From: Camelus ferus
Lineage: Eukaryota
Assembly: GCF_009834535.1 (NCBI RefSeq)
Contig: NC_045706.1
Span: forward strand, 22,010,001-22,074,000
DNA length: 64,000 bases
Reading direction: 5' to 3'
Of this stretch, positions 1-12,236 are shown one piece after another. The first letter of the stretch is position 1. Every line of letters begins with the position of its first letter. Position numbers and translations under genes: made by a program. The notes below the pieces were generated by a model. The model was not told the origin of the DNA, ran no database searches, and worked only from the letters and a program-made list of their open reading frames with translations.

Positions 1-494
1 TACAGTTCTGCATGGCTTCAACCCAAAGTGTTTTATGCAACATTAAAATAAAATGTATTTTCCAAATAATAAACATTTTAAAAACATTTCTTGTTTATGC
101 AAAGCTACATATATGAGACCCTGTTCTCCTCCATATCCTGCCTTATGATGTCCCCTCCTGCAAGGACGTCATCCTGGATTTTTACCAGAGAACCATCTTT
201 ATCCTTTCCCGCTACATGTTGTGGCCTCATCTCTCTTAACAAGCACATAGTCAGTGGCGACACATACACACAGAGCCCTAAATGAATCATCGGAACAGCT
301 GGAAAACATGAAAGAGCCCTGCTCTTTTCCTTATTGATTCAGTTATTAGCTCCCTAATTACATCAGCCTGCCAGGGGAAAGCATCTGATAGCTGAAGAAC
401 TGAAGAGGCAATTTAATCAATGTAATATTCTACAGGAAAAACAAGTTGCATCTGGAGAGCTGAAGTTCAAAGAATAATATGATCGCATCAGGAG

Positions 495-973
495 GTTATG
501 GGTTGAATTATACCCCATCCCCCCCAAAAGATATGTAGAAGTCCTAACCCCTACTGTCTCGGAATGTGACCTTATTTGGAAGCGAGGTCTTTGCATATGT
601 AATCAAGTTAAAATGGGGTCAGAGTGGGCCCTAATCCAATATGACTGATAACCTCAATAAGGAGAAATTTGGTCACACAGATAGACAGGCACAGGGGGAA
701 GACAATGTGAAGACCCCCCCCAGAGAAAAGGCCATGCTAAGACAGAGAGCTGGAGTGATGCACCTACAAGCCAGGGGATGCCAAAGACTGCTGACCAGTC
801 ACCAACAGCTAGGAAGAAGCAAAGCCTCCCCACAGGTGTTAGAGGGAGCATGGTCCTGCTAACACCTCAGTTTTAAACTTCTGGCCTCCAGAATTGTGAA
901 ACAATGTATTTCTATTGTTCCAAGTCATCCAGTTAGTGGTACTTTGTTGTAGCAATCCTAGAAAACACATGCA
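495..973 (+). mobile_element. MaLR solo LTR, MLT1B/C-like
   Basis: gttatgggttgaat...gaatgtgaccttatttggaa...cctccagaattgtga...gtggtactttgtt matches recalled MLT1 consensus. Confidence 0.85.
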
Positions 974-1687
974 GGCATCTTAGACCGGCTACCAAAAGCA
1001 ACAATGACAGAGCTTGCTACATTTCTCCACGTTTTCTTTCTCCATTTCTAGGCATTGAGTTGTAAAGCCAGAAGTCTGACTTAGAGCCATACTGTAGAAT
1101 CTGTGGTTGAAAGCCAAATTCTCATTTGCCTATATTTCTCTGTCCCATGCATTTCCACCACATCCCTAAAGATATTTTCCAAGAATAAATGTGAATTCAT
1201 AATGACCATATGGCCATAACCAGACATAATCAGGAGAGGCAACAAAATACACATTTTATAGCAGTGTTTGGTGTTCCAGCCAGACTCCCTAGAGCTCGCA
1301 GATCTCCCATGAAGAGGGAAGGATGGTTTGGAATACATTTATGTAAAACTCTCCCCTGTAGGCCAATGCAAACTTAGTGTGTAACTGTCCTGATTTTTCT
1401 TCTCAAAACCTACACGGTTTCAGTAGCGTTCTGCAGAGTAGCCATGGCGGTCTTTGTCTTTCAAATAAACAGGTTGCTTTCTGCTTAAAATAAGAAGCTC
1501 TCTGTACCTATTTCTGTGGTAGCCCCAGAGTGAGTGGGAGGGCTTGGCTGCTCTATGTAGGGTAAATCCTCCAGGTTGTGGCAATACTTGTGGCAGGAAG
1601 GAGAGAAACCAGGGTCACACAGCCCAGAGTCCTTTCCAACACTTGCCTCTGGTTCCTTTCTCAGCCATTATCCAGAGAACTCCTTTC

Positions 1688-2100
1688 CGTTTTTTTAAAT
1701 TGAATTATAGTCAGTTACAGTGTGTCAATTTCTGGTGTAAGGCATAATGTCTCAGTCATATATATTATATATATACATATATATATATTTGTTTTCATAT
1801 TCTATTTCATTAAAGGTTATTACAGGATATTGAATATAGTCCCCTGTGCTATACAGAAGAAATTTGCTTTTTTAATCTATTTTTATATATAATAGTTAAG
1901 ATTTGCAACCCTCAAATTCCCAAATTTATCCCTTCCCATCCACTTTTCCCCAGTAACCATAAGATTGTTTACTATGTCTGTGAGTCTGTTTCTGTTTTGT
2001 AGATGAGTTCATTAGTGTCTTCTTCTTTTTCTTTTTTTAGATTCCACATATGAGTGATGTCATATGGTGTTTATCTTTCTCTTTCTGGCTTACTTCACTT
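1688..2100 (-). mobile_element. 5'-truncated L1 3' end, camelid/artiodactyl-type, with 12-bp TSD
   Basis: T-tail at left, L1 3'UTR motifs (gattccacatatgagtga, cttacttcacttag); perfect TSD AGAACTCCTTTC at 1676-1687 and 2101-2112. Confidence 0.9.
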
Positions 2101-2359
2101 AGAACTCCTTTCTTGACAGCCAGAGGAAAGAATTCCACCCAACGTCCCTCTAAGCTCTGGGTACACAGACAAGAACTTTTGTCCTCAGCAATCACTTCCC
2201 TTTGCCCTTGGGAGATATAAGGCAACTACACCATATACATATCTATTAAAAAAGACACAGGCATTCAGCTAGTCATGTCCTTTTATTGGAAAAGGCAGCA
2301 TTTTTCTTCCCTTCTCGAAGATTTCTGGCCATGAAAGCTTTTTCTCTCAGATGGCTTAC

Positions 2360-2495
2360 ATCATTCGTTCCTCCGTTTAGCAAATATTGACCAAATGCCT
2401 ATTAAGAACCAAGCACTGTTCTATGGATTTAGGAAGCCAGTGAACCAAAAAGACAGAAGGTCTCTGCTCTCAGGAATCTTACATCCTAGCGGAGA
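2360..2495 (-). mobile_element. L2 3' end fragment
   Basis: tcattc...caaatattgaccaaatgccta...aagcactgttcta resembles the L2 tail. Confidence 0.6.
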
Positions 2496-2893
2496 TCAAG
2501 AACTCAAATGCCCTCAAGTCTATGCTGTGGACATGTAGGGGAGGTATAAGAAAATACCTAGACCATTATTTGTGTTCTTTAGACCCAGATTCACGTTGCT
2601 GGCACTTAACACATTGAGGAGGCTTCTTTACTCACCCAAGAAGGAGATCTTTCCCATTTATACTGAAACACTTGACGCTGTAGGGTTAGCTTTCATTTTC
2701 CTGCTTTTGATAGAGATGTGAGTTCAGAAAGGTTTCACCGTCCTCCTAACTCTAAGAAAAACATGGTACAAATGTGATAATGTTTGGCAGGTAACATTTC
2801 GCCACAAGGCTGAGGAGAAACAGGGAGTCCAGACAGCTTGTGCTCCATCTAAAAATGGGTGTAGCTGTTCCATAGCTGAACAAGAGTGCTAAT

Positions 2894-3072
2894 CCAGCGT
2901 GGTCAGGCTTTATAATTTTTAAGGGAACCTGAGAATTCAGCTTTTATATGGGAAATCTCTATATTTTCAATTTTGGAAAACATTTAAAATTTTAAAGTCT
3001 ATTTGCAGGGCAAATAAAATACGTCTTAATCCAGATGGCCAGGCTGCCTGAGGACGACCAATTTGCGACCTG
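2894..3072 (-). mobile_element. hAT-Charlie MITE, MER102-like fragment
   Basis: cttttatatgggaaatctc...gggcaaataaaatacgtct...ccaatttgcgacc resembles recalled MER102 reverse complement. Confidence 0.6.
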
Positions 3073-3136
3073 AATCTTAGCGTCGACCTACAACTGCTTG
3101 AATTCAGGAGAGAATGGGACTATATGACCTTGAAGT

Positions 3137-3336
3137 AGGAATGCCAGATTTTTACTTTATTAGCAAATTAAAATACAGAATTCCCAAGTAATTTGAATTT
3201 CAGACAAAAAGTAAACAAATTTTTGTGTGTAATTACATCCTATGTAACATTAAGGATATGCTTATATTTTTAAAATGTTATTATTTATCTGAAATTCAAA
3301 TTTAATTATATGCCCTATATTTTTATCTGCAACCTT
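3137..3336. mobile_element. MER53-like palindromic hAT MITE
   Basis: Ends ..tgccagat and atctgcaacct; perfect 15-bp inverted repeat aatttgaatttcaga (3190-3204) and tctgaaattcaaatt (3288-3302). Confidence 0.85.
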
Positions 3337-5254
3337 ACTCTGAAGTCTCTCCCGTTCCATTTCTAAAAATCTAGATTATAAGATGCATCCCCTTATACGA
3401 GGCTTCTTTATTCTTTGACATTGGATACAACTAAGTCAATAAAATAATCTCAAAATTATTGTAAAGACTCCCTGGAGTCAATTAAGTCCAACTGTTTCAC
3501 TCAGTCGATTTAATGTTAATTGAGCATCAGCAGGGGCTACACTCAGTGCCCGGTGTGATGATACAAAGGTGAGTGACACAAGGTTCTTGGATCTCCAGAA
3601 GCTCAAAACCTAGACGGGAAGGCAGACGTGTCCACAGGTAAGCGCAGCACAGCGCAGGGAGTTGCCCTGCCCGTGGCGGCAGAGGAGGGCTGGCAGGGCT
3701 CAAAGAAAGGAGTGGTCAGTCCTGCTGGGCTCGGCCCCAGGCCAGGGGCTGAGTCAGAATGGATGAGTAGGAGCTGGTCTGAAGGATACGTTCCCCCCAA
3801 AAAACACTGCAGTTAACAAAGGTGAAGATTTCTGGACATTAGGGAATATGTTGGAAATAAAACAAACATTATCTCATCCTCCTACAAAAGTACAATTCAT
3901 TTGGCCCAGGATCAGTGAACGCTGGTCTAACTGCCACATCTCAAAGGACAAAGAGCAGACGTGGAGGAGGAGCCGAACAAGGCCATCGAAAGGACTCAAG
4001 AGGAAGAGGAGAAAACAGCTCTGCAAGTTGTGCGTGGGTGTGAGGACACAACGGAGACAAAGACGGGCTGTGAGAGCGAAGGGCATAAAAGCAGAGAAGT
4101 CTAAGTAGAGACACGCTTGTTTACCAAACTTTGAAACATCCTCCCTGGCAGATCACACCACCACCAAAAATGAAGAACTACTTTTAAAAGCAAGTTCACA
4201 GAATTCATTACTCTTAAGAAGTTGGTGAGAAAAGCACAGGATATCCTGTAAACAGTTTCAGACTCATGCTTCTCAACGTTTGTCATCAAAACATCTCTAA
4301 TAGCCAAGGGGAATAAAGCAAAGCATCCCACCAGAATCTGGAGGTCTGACCTTAAACACGTGGGCAAAAGGGCAAGCATTTTCAGGTCTCTAATTCTCGC
4401 CTTCAAATTCCATGGATATTCTGTAGTCTACTCTGTATCTGTGCTTAGAATAAAAAATAAACGTCTTCACAAACTTTCAAGTGGACTCCCCAGGAAGACC
4501 CCCTAAATCTACCATACTCTATACACCATGGCCCCCAGGAGTGCATTTTGGAGTCCCAATTTGAAGAGTGGGGGTAAGTGACACCAAAACTGGTTGCTGC
4601 ATAATTAGGGACTGGGTGCTCTGGGTGGGGGTGACCCATTTAACCATCTCAGGTGTGGTTTTTCTGCAGGGTGACTACAAGGAGAGGGGTATGACCATAT
4701 CTATGAGGACTGGAATCCTGGATTTGATAAGAGGAGATGCCCTTGGGCAGGGTTTTTATTTAATGATTTGACCAAGGGAGAGGAAAATATGTAGTTCTGG
4801 CCACGCCATATTTGCAAGAAAGCGATTCCATCAAACTCTGTCCACTAACACAGCGAGCTTCGTTTTGCCCTGGCTTTTGTATGACTCCCCGTGCCTGTTC
4901 ACCTGACTATATCCCCCATTTCAGAGGCCATATGTATGTTTGGATAAGCAAAGCCTTCTATTTCCCAAAGCAGTGTCCTACTCCCTGCTAGAGGTCCTGG
5001 TGACTCTAAAGGTCCATTTGAAAACACAAAGCATAGATGGTGCTGCCCCGTGCACCCCAGTACCCAGCCCGCGGGTGGTATAGACTGCTCTCCTCCCATC
5101 GGGCATGCAGAAACCGGCTCAGAATGGTAGTAGTGTCTACGCTCTGTCAAAGGGGTGACACCATGCTCATTTCCCATCTGCCTGTTCCTCCAGGATTCTC
5201 TCCACCAACCTCCCCACCCCCTCATTTTCCAAGTTCCAGCTACACTTGCTTCCT

Positions 5255-5662
5255 TTTGGCTTTTCAAACATGCCAAGGAACTCTCCAGTCCCAGGGCCTT
5301 GGCACGTGCTGCCCCGTCTACCTAAAATGCCCTTCCTGCTCTCTGCACTTCTCCTTCTTCCTATTCATGTACTGAACTGCTACTCAAGTGTCAGGTAAAC
5401 ACAGAAATAACCCTTCCTAGGGAAGCCCTCCTTGGTTACCTCCTGCCCCAGACGGCACCAGGTCCACCTGCCGTCTGCCCCAATGGGTCTCTAGTCTCTT
5501 GTTCATAACATCCACCAAAGTCTTTATATATTTGTGTAATTATATGGCTGATGTCTGTCTTCCTTTCTAGGTCGTAGGGATTGCTACTTGAATAGTGCCA
5601 AGTGCTTAACACAGTGCTGGGGCCGGGAGAATAGATGCTCAGTAAATATTTCCTGAATGACC
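5255..5662 (+). mobile_element. L2 3' region
   Basis: cagggccttggcacgtgctg...gggaagccctcc...gatgctcagtaaatatttcctgaatga. Confidence 0.7.
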
Positions 5663-6227
5663 ACATGAATATTCCTGTTCAAGTCTTTTAAAGTTCTATT
5701 CCTTCCCCTGAAAGCCCCCTCTTCCCTTCCCAAATTTGTCTAAATTCTACCTTTCTTTCAATATTAGTTTGAATTGCCTCTGGTCCATGAAGCCATCCTT
5801 GGCCACACTTGGCCAAAAGAGACAAGATTACAAGAGAGAAATTGAAGAACTAATTTCAAAAGCAGATTCATAAGACTCATACCTATGAGAAGTTGGTGAG
5901 AAGGAAAGAGTATCCTATAAATAGTAACTCTTTTCTCATATTTAACACCCAGCGTCCAACCAGACTCGAGTAACGGGTTTCTCTTCTAAGCCCTTGAATT
6001 GCTTTGATTTAATTCATCCAACATTGATCTAGTCATTCACTCCCTCATGCATCAAAGCTTCTGGTAATCTCTTCAGGTAGATTAGAAGCTCCTGGTTGAA
6101 AGGAATCCGATCTGAAATCTAGATTCCACCCCCCCTCTAAAGAAACTGCCACCGGGCTGCCTGACAACATAGAACTGGAGAATAATACATTTTCATGTGG
6201 CCTTAGACGTAATCTGGACAATTCTTT

Positions 6228-6345
6228 TTACACATGGAGAATCCAAGGCTCTGTGACTTGCCTAGTGTAACACAGCTAGTCAGGTGTTGAGCTGGAATTC
6301 GAGCCCAGGGTCTTGACTCCCGCTTCAGTGCTGTGCTGTACTGTC
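6228..6345 (-). mobile_element. MIR
   Basis: gacttgcctagtgtaacacagctagt...ggaattcgagcccaggg...gactcc is the reverse MIR core. Confidence 0.7.
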
Positions 6346-7629
6346 TTTTTTTTTAGGTTAACTGCTTGATTTTAAAAGAAAAACAAGTTTAACATAACCT
6401 CACAGGAATAATGGCTCATTTGGGTACACCATGCATGAATGACTCTGTACCTTGAATGTATCCAGCACTTTTATTTACAAATCATTTTCACAAATCATTT
6501 TATCCTCTTTTGTGCCGAAGACTATTTTCTGAGCTAACAGTCACATAAGACAATCTTACAAACAATTCACATGGTATTTACCCAAATCCATTCTTTTGTC
6601 TCCACAATCATATTCTCTGGACCATTTTCCTTGGCAATCAGATTCCATTCACTTTTATACATTACAAATTTGAAACATCTCATATTAAGCAGTACCCTTG
6701 GAACACAAATGTCGCTATTCCTCATAAGCTGACTTTATTTGTTCCGACCCACACCCCTCCCCTGTGCCTACATCTCTCCTTAATGGTTTTGGTCTCACAT
6801 CACTTCCTATTATCAATATTCACTTTATCACCTATTTTCCTGGCCTTTTCACTGCATTTGATTTGTCTTTAATTTTTTTCCAAGTTCAAATTTGTTTTTC
6901 CTTCCCCAAAACCTGAATCTAAAAGAGGTGGGATAAGCTTTTTTTTTTTTTTTTTTTAGTTTGATGTCATTTATTTGATTTAAACTACTATCTTTAAATA
7001 TCAAAACAATAATAACTGCCTTCAATTCAGAAGAAATAAAGACTTTAACTACCTTACGAAACACCATTTGCGACAAATCTCCAAGTGGACTGTTTAAACA
7101 TGTTGAAGATTTTAGTATTAATATATGGCCAGAAAAATCTAAGAGTTTATTCAAACTCAAGATAGTAAAGGAAAAAGAAGAGTGTGTACTGCAAAGTCTA
7201 CTCTTTCAGAAAAATAAAAGGAAAGCGGAAAAAAAGAAACTTACATTTATGGAGAATCTGCCCCTGACAGGCATTTCTATAAATAGGTTAACTGACTCAG
7301 AATAAACATGGATGGTTATTTCTGTCCACACTTCCCTAGGAGACCTTGGAGGCCCTGTGGGTGTGACGAACTTGCTCAAGATCCCAAAGCAAATTCCAAG
7401 ACATCTGATTCCAAAGCCAGTGTTCATTCCACAACAACTGCTACCACTGAAAAATGAGTGTTATCAAGGAAACAACCTGAACTGTAAGGGGGTTCAAACT
7501 ATGTCCTAGAAAAGTTATTGGAACTTGGGGTTGTTGGCACAGAAAATTGACCAATGAACAAAGAAGTTTGTAACTGTTTACAAATATGGGAAAAAGTTGT
7601 TCTGTGGAAGGATAATGAGGCTTTATCCT

Positions 7630-7905
7630 GCTGCATCAAAGGGCAGAAGCTGGACCAAAAGGTGATCTAGACAGAAGTAAATGTTGGCTTGATGTAAGAA
7701 ATAATATTCTAATGGAAAGAACTCCCTGAGGCTGGAATACGCTGCCTCATGTGGCAGCAAGTTCTCCAGGGAGTTACGAGATGTGCTTAAGTAGAAGATG
7801 GATAAGCACTTTGATTAAGGTGATACCATCAGGAAATTAAAGTGGCAGATGGGGTTTAAGCCAATGAGTTCTTAGGTCTCTTTAGATATATGATTTTCGA
7901 TTCTT
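7630..7905 (+). mobile_element. L3/CR1 3' end
   Basis: ttggcttgatgtaagaaataatattcta...ggaatacgctgcctc...agaagatggataagcactt... ending gattttcgattct. Confidence 0.65.
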
Positions 7906-8037
7906 AATCCAAGAGCAATAATCCTAGGAATAGAACCCAAGGGAATATTCACTTCTGATGCTTCTTAAACAATTGTAAAAGATGGCAGAGGAACTTTGTT
8001 TGCAGGCACTCAAATGTTGGAAAGGCCCAGGACTCTG

Positions 8038-8545
8038 TGTGGCAGGCTTTGATAGATTCATTCAGCCTCCCTGTACCTAAGACCTTTGCAAAAGGATTTT
8101 CAGCTCCTCCCTTCAAGAGCTAGAATGCATTTCCTCACCCCTTTGTTTTGGTATCAAGATGCAGTGGAAGTGACACTGTTCCAGTCCTGAGTGTAGTCCC
8201 TAAGAAGCCTTGGACAATTTCAATCCTTCAGAATACTGTTCACATGGGTGAACAAACCCATGCCAGCCTGCTGGAGGATGAAGGACCACATGGAAAAGAA
8301 CCCAGTCTACAGCCATCTCAGACCAGCATACAGCCAGCTGAACTCTAACTAGAAGAGAGATCCCAACCAAGGTCATCACAACTACCAACTCAACCGCAGC
8401 TGATCAGAGACACATGGATGAATCTAGCTGAGACCAGAGAAATCACCCAACTAATCCACAGAGTTGTGAGCAATAATTAATGTTTACTGTTTTAAGTCTC
8501 TATGTTTAGGGAGAGTGGGTTACACAGCATTAGCTAGCTGATACA
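8038..8545 (+). mobile_element. MaLR solo LTR, MLT1G/J-like
   Basis: tgtggcagg start; ggaagtgacactg; ends tgttttaagtc...cagcattagctagctgataca. Confidence 0.75.
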
Positions 8546-8664
8546 TAGAGCTTAATTACAAGGCTTAGATCTATCAATGACCTAACTGGGCTGTTTTGAG
8601 GAAAAAATTTATATTCCTCAATCTCAGTCTCTTACATAAGTATAATGAAGAGATTTCTCCACAA

Positions 8665-8853
8665 CAGTGACTGTCAAATTTCAAAGTTATTCAGATACCT
8701 TGTTTGAAATGTATATTCCAGGCCCTCTCCAGAAATTCTGATTCAGGAAGTCAAGAGTGGAGCCCAGAAGTATGCATTTTAATCAGATATCAGATATCAT
8801 TTTAACAAGATATCTAATGTAGATGCAGAGGAACCACACATTGAAAAGCTCTG
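8665..8853. mobile_element. MER5A-like hAT-Charlie MITE
   Basis: cagtgactgtcaaa...ttctgattcagg...ttgaaaagctctg, followed by the Charlie-type target ttctagat. Confidence 0.75.
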
Positions 8854-9437
8854 TTCTAGATCATTCCTGAGGTAGCTTGGACATTTATAAGCTCATCACC
8901 TTCAGTCAATTTCTACCTCCATCACAGGTCGATGACACCTGGCTGAATATTTGCAGCTCCTTGGAGATGGGAGTGTCACAGATGCTCTAGGGCCCATTAG
9001 AGTAGAGTGACTTGCCCTTAAGTCAGACATCTTTTGGCTCCTGGGAAACCCACTCCTAGCGCCATCACAGAAACCAGAGCCTTGCAAAAGGAGATGGGAA
9101 GACTACTTCCACTCAAAACTATTCTGTTCAACTGCCAAGTGCTGGAATACGACTAAATAGCAAATAGCCCAGCTTCAGCTAAAATGCACAGTAACAGCTG
9201 GACTGTGTTCCCTGAAAGTACAATGCATTTATTACACAGATAATTAGACTTCCCTCCAGATCTAAAAGTCATATGGTCAGTGCTTTAAGCAAAGGGGACT
9301 TACTTCAGCCTAGTCAACCCTAGCCCAGAGCTCTCAGAAAGTGCTGATCCTTGGGTTCTAAATGGGGTGAGGAGGGAGCTGGGGTGGGACCAGCAACTGC
9401 TCGCTGTTCTTCTGCTCTTGGCTTTAGTGACCCAAAT

Positions 9438-9609
9438 CAGTGGTTCTCAACTCTGCATTAGAGTTGCCCAAAACTTTTAAATAATACTGATGCCTGGGCC
9501 TCATCTTAGAAAACGTAAATCAGAATCTCTGGGAATAGATTACCTGGTCATAGGTATTTCTAAAACTCTCCAGGTAATTCTAATGTTCAGACAGGGTTGA
9601 GTACTATTG
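9438..9609. mobile_element. MER5B-like hAT-Charlie MITE
   Basis: cagtggttctcaa...aatcagaatctctggg...ggtaattctaatgt...ggttgagtactattg. Confidence 0.75.
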
Positions 9610-9617
9610 GTTTAAAG

Positions 9618-9781
9618 CAGAGGTTGGCATAGTATGATCCACCTGTTTTTGTAAAGAAAATTTGATTGGAACCTAGCCATACTCGTTCGTTCAGAGTTGA
9701 GTGTTACAATAGAAATCATATGGCTGGCAAAGCATACAATACTTACGATTCAGTCCTTTACAGAAAGTTTGCCAACCACTG
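9618..9781. mobile_element. MER58A-like hAT-Charlie MITE
   Basis: TIR-like ends cagaggttggca and tgccaaccactg; ttggaacctagccatactc; tttacagaaagtttg. Confidence 0.8.
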
Positions 9782-9898
9782 CTCTTAGGTACTGATCTTT
9801 AGTAGCAGTTAAGAGAGGTCCTAAGAGAGATTTTATCCTAAGTGCCTTTTGGCTTGGTCCCCTTTTACCTGTTTCTCCTACACCAGGAGCCCAAAGTT

Positions 9899-9933
<35 letters not shown>
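9899..9933. repeat. (AAC)n microsatellite, about 12 units, at a MIR tail
   Basis: Read directly from the sequence. Confidence 0.95.
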
Positions 9934-9939
9934 ACAATT

Positions 9940-10170
9940 ACTAATGTCTAACAAGTATTAATTCTGTGTCAGGCATTTGGTTAACTGGTTTGCATCACTG
10001 TATTTACACCTTACAACCACCCTGTTGAGGAATCATGATTATCCTCATCTTACAGAACAGAAAACAAAGCTTTGGAGAGGACAAAGTCACTGGTCTGAAA
10101 ACACAGAGTAAGTGAAGAGGTCAGATTCAAATCAGGCTCTCTGATTCCACGGCCCATGTGCTCAATAACA
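9940..10170 (-). mobile_element. MIR
   Basis: cttacaaccaccctg...ttatcctcatcttacaga...gaaaacaaagctt...ggtcagattcaaatcaggctc. Confidence 0.75.
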
Positions 10171-10624
10171 ACACAAGCCAAGATTCACATTGTGGAAACG
10201 TGGAGCTTCTGAGCCAGACGGCAGCGTGAATTTCCAGAGACAGGGACAGGGAGGTTCTAAGAACCCCTACCTTACAGGACCTCAGTGAGATTAGGGACAG
10301 CATGATGCCTACACAAATGAAAATGCCTGGTCGACTAAAACTGTGTTTTGTCAGATTTTTCTTCCAGAGACATTCTTGACAATATTCTACGAATTTATTT
10401 TTTCAGCCATGTAACCACTCAGTAATCTAGTGAACACCTTTTGTGAACCAGGTATGGTTCTGTATTCCAAGGTTACAAAAGATAACAAAATTCTGGAAAA
10501 CGCAGGCTACCAAATATATATCAACATACAGATACATGTGTATACATACATATACATGTATATGTACATATCCATATATGTGTATGTATGTGTGTATTTG
10601 CATACTGTTCATTTCTCCCACTAC

Positions 10625-10995
10625 CATGTAAACTCCATGAAGTAAGGAGTCGGCAGCCTTTTGTCCTTAGAAACACTAGACAGCAATGTGTGCGGGCCAC
10701 TGTGAATAGTGGAATACCAAAGAAAAGCACAAAAAATACAAGAGACATGGCATAAAACAGACCATGAAAAGGACAGCTGTTTACAGTCTGAGACATGAAA
10801 CAAGAAGGCAGGACATCACCTTGTTCAGCCTCTGTTTGAAACACAACCAACAGGTGACTCAAATTTTTGGCTACTCAGCACAGGTTTGCGAATGACCACG
10901 AATATATGTTGAGTACTGACTCGGGGGAGATAAGTGAATTTTAACGAGCAGGTAAATTTGCAAATACGGAATCCGCAGATAATGAAGATTAACTG
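10625..10995 (+). mobile_element. MER82-like TcMar-Tigger element, 3' portion
   Basis: gaaacactagacagca, gaaaaggacagctgtttacagt, gcaaatacggaatccgcagataatgaagattaactg match recalled MER82. Confidence 0.8.
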
Positions 10996-11059
10996 TGTAA
11001 CGTCATGCAAAGATAACCGCCAAGGGGGACATGAAAGCAGGATAAAGGGGTGCAGCGAG

Positions 11060-11790
11060 CCAAGTGAAAGCACTCAGGGAAGGCCTCTCCGAACCACTAA
11101 ACTTTGAGCAGAAACCCAAATGAAGGAAAGAGCAGGTGCCGGGAACATGTAAGGAGGGACCTAGGAAGGAAGAGGAGCAAGGAGGAAGGCCCTGACGTGG
11201 GAGCCTGGTGGCATGTGGGAGGAGCCTCCAGGCCGGTGTAGGTGCCTGCGATGCTCCAGAGAGAGAAGCATCAGGACATGAAGTCAGAAATCAGGACGAC
11301 TTTGTGTACGAGGCATGTCTGCCCTTGACAGGGCCTTGGGTCTCCTGTGCACGATGGAAGTGTACGGAGGCATGTGAGGAGAAGTCTGCCACAATCTGAT
11401 GTAAATTTTAAAGATCACCAGCAGAAAGTGCGGGAACCACAGGGAAGAGATGATCGTGGTGGCCCAGGGAAGATGGGAAGTGGCTTGCATTAGCATGTGA
11501 GTGCTCGAGTTGGGAAGGTGGGGGGCTTTGCAAAATATTCTGGAGGTAACGCCAATAAGATTTGGCAATGGATGGCTGTGAGGTCTTAGAGTAACAGAGG
11601 AATCAGATAATTCAAAGATTTGGGACTCCTATCAACGGAGTGGTAGAGGAAGATGAGGGACTTGATCATATTCAAGATATATTCTGAAAGTAGAAATGAC
11701 AAGATTCACTGCTGTACCAGAGTTCAGTTTGAGAAACAGAGATGATTCCTAGATGTGGAGCCTGTGGAAAGGGGTGTCCTTTACTGTCAT
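11060..11790 (-). mobile_element. L2 fragment
   Basis: Typical reverse L2 text: tgtaaattttaaagatcacc...gtggcccaggg...gatttggcaatggatgg. Confidence 0.65.
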
Positions 11791-12125
11791 TCAAATCCGG
11801 AAAAGGAGTAAGTTTGGGGAGTTTGTTAAGAGTTGCACGTATTAACTTACTTTTCTTTAGATTTGTATGTGTGTGGGTAAGACCAAGAAGAGAGTAAATT
11901 ATAAAGAAGTAATAGATACTCATCAATCTGTGTATGCTCTGCTCTGTACTAGGGTTAGGCAGAAACAAATCCAGCCTCCATGGGGGAGCTTGGAATCTAA
12001 TGGAAGAAACAGACAAATAAACAGGTGATTATTTAAATTTTCTTTTTTCAGTACAGGTTCTGAAGCAAGAGAACGGCAGGCAATGCCCAATGCAAGACAG
12101 AAGTGAGATCCAAAAATCCTGATCT

Positions 12126-12236
12126 GGGGAGTGAGGGTAGAGCTCAGCGGTAGAGCGTGTGCTCAGCATGCATGAGGTCCCGGGTTCAATCCCAGTACCT
12201 CCACTTAAAAATATAAAAAGTTAGAATCAAAAAAAA
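12126..12236 (+). mobile_element. tRNA-derived camelid SINE (Vic-1 type)
   Basis: ggggagtgagggtagagctcagcggtagagcgtgtgctcagcatgcatgaggtcccgggttcaatcccagtacctcc plus A-rich tail; A-box-like and B-box (GGTTCAATCCC) motifs. Confidence 0.85.

Noticed and set aside
4480-4810. Possible LTR-like segment
   Set aside because: Composition is suggestive, but I could not match it to any family or find termini.
6477-6501. Short tandem duplication acaaatcatttt (also the 22-24 bp duplication at 40771-40816 and the 14-bp one near 36904)
   Set aside because: Ordinary slippage events with no functional context.
10505-10595. TA/CA-rich low-complexity tract (similar at about 61860-61950)
   Set aside because: Degenerate microsatellite; the overlapping ORFs are compositional artefacts.
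12126-12205. tRNA gene
   Set aside because: The tRNA-like head lacks a proper acceptor stem and is followed by an A-rich tail, so it is a SINE.
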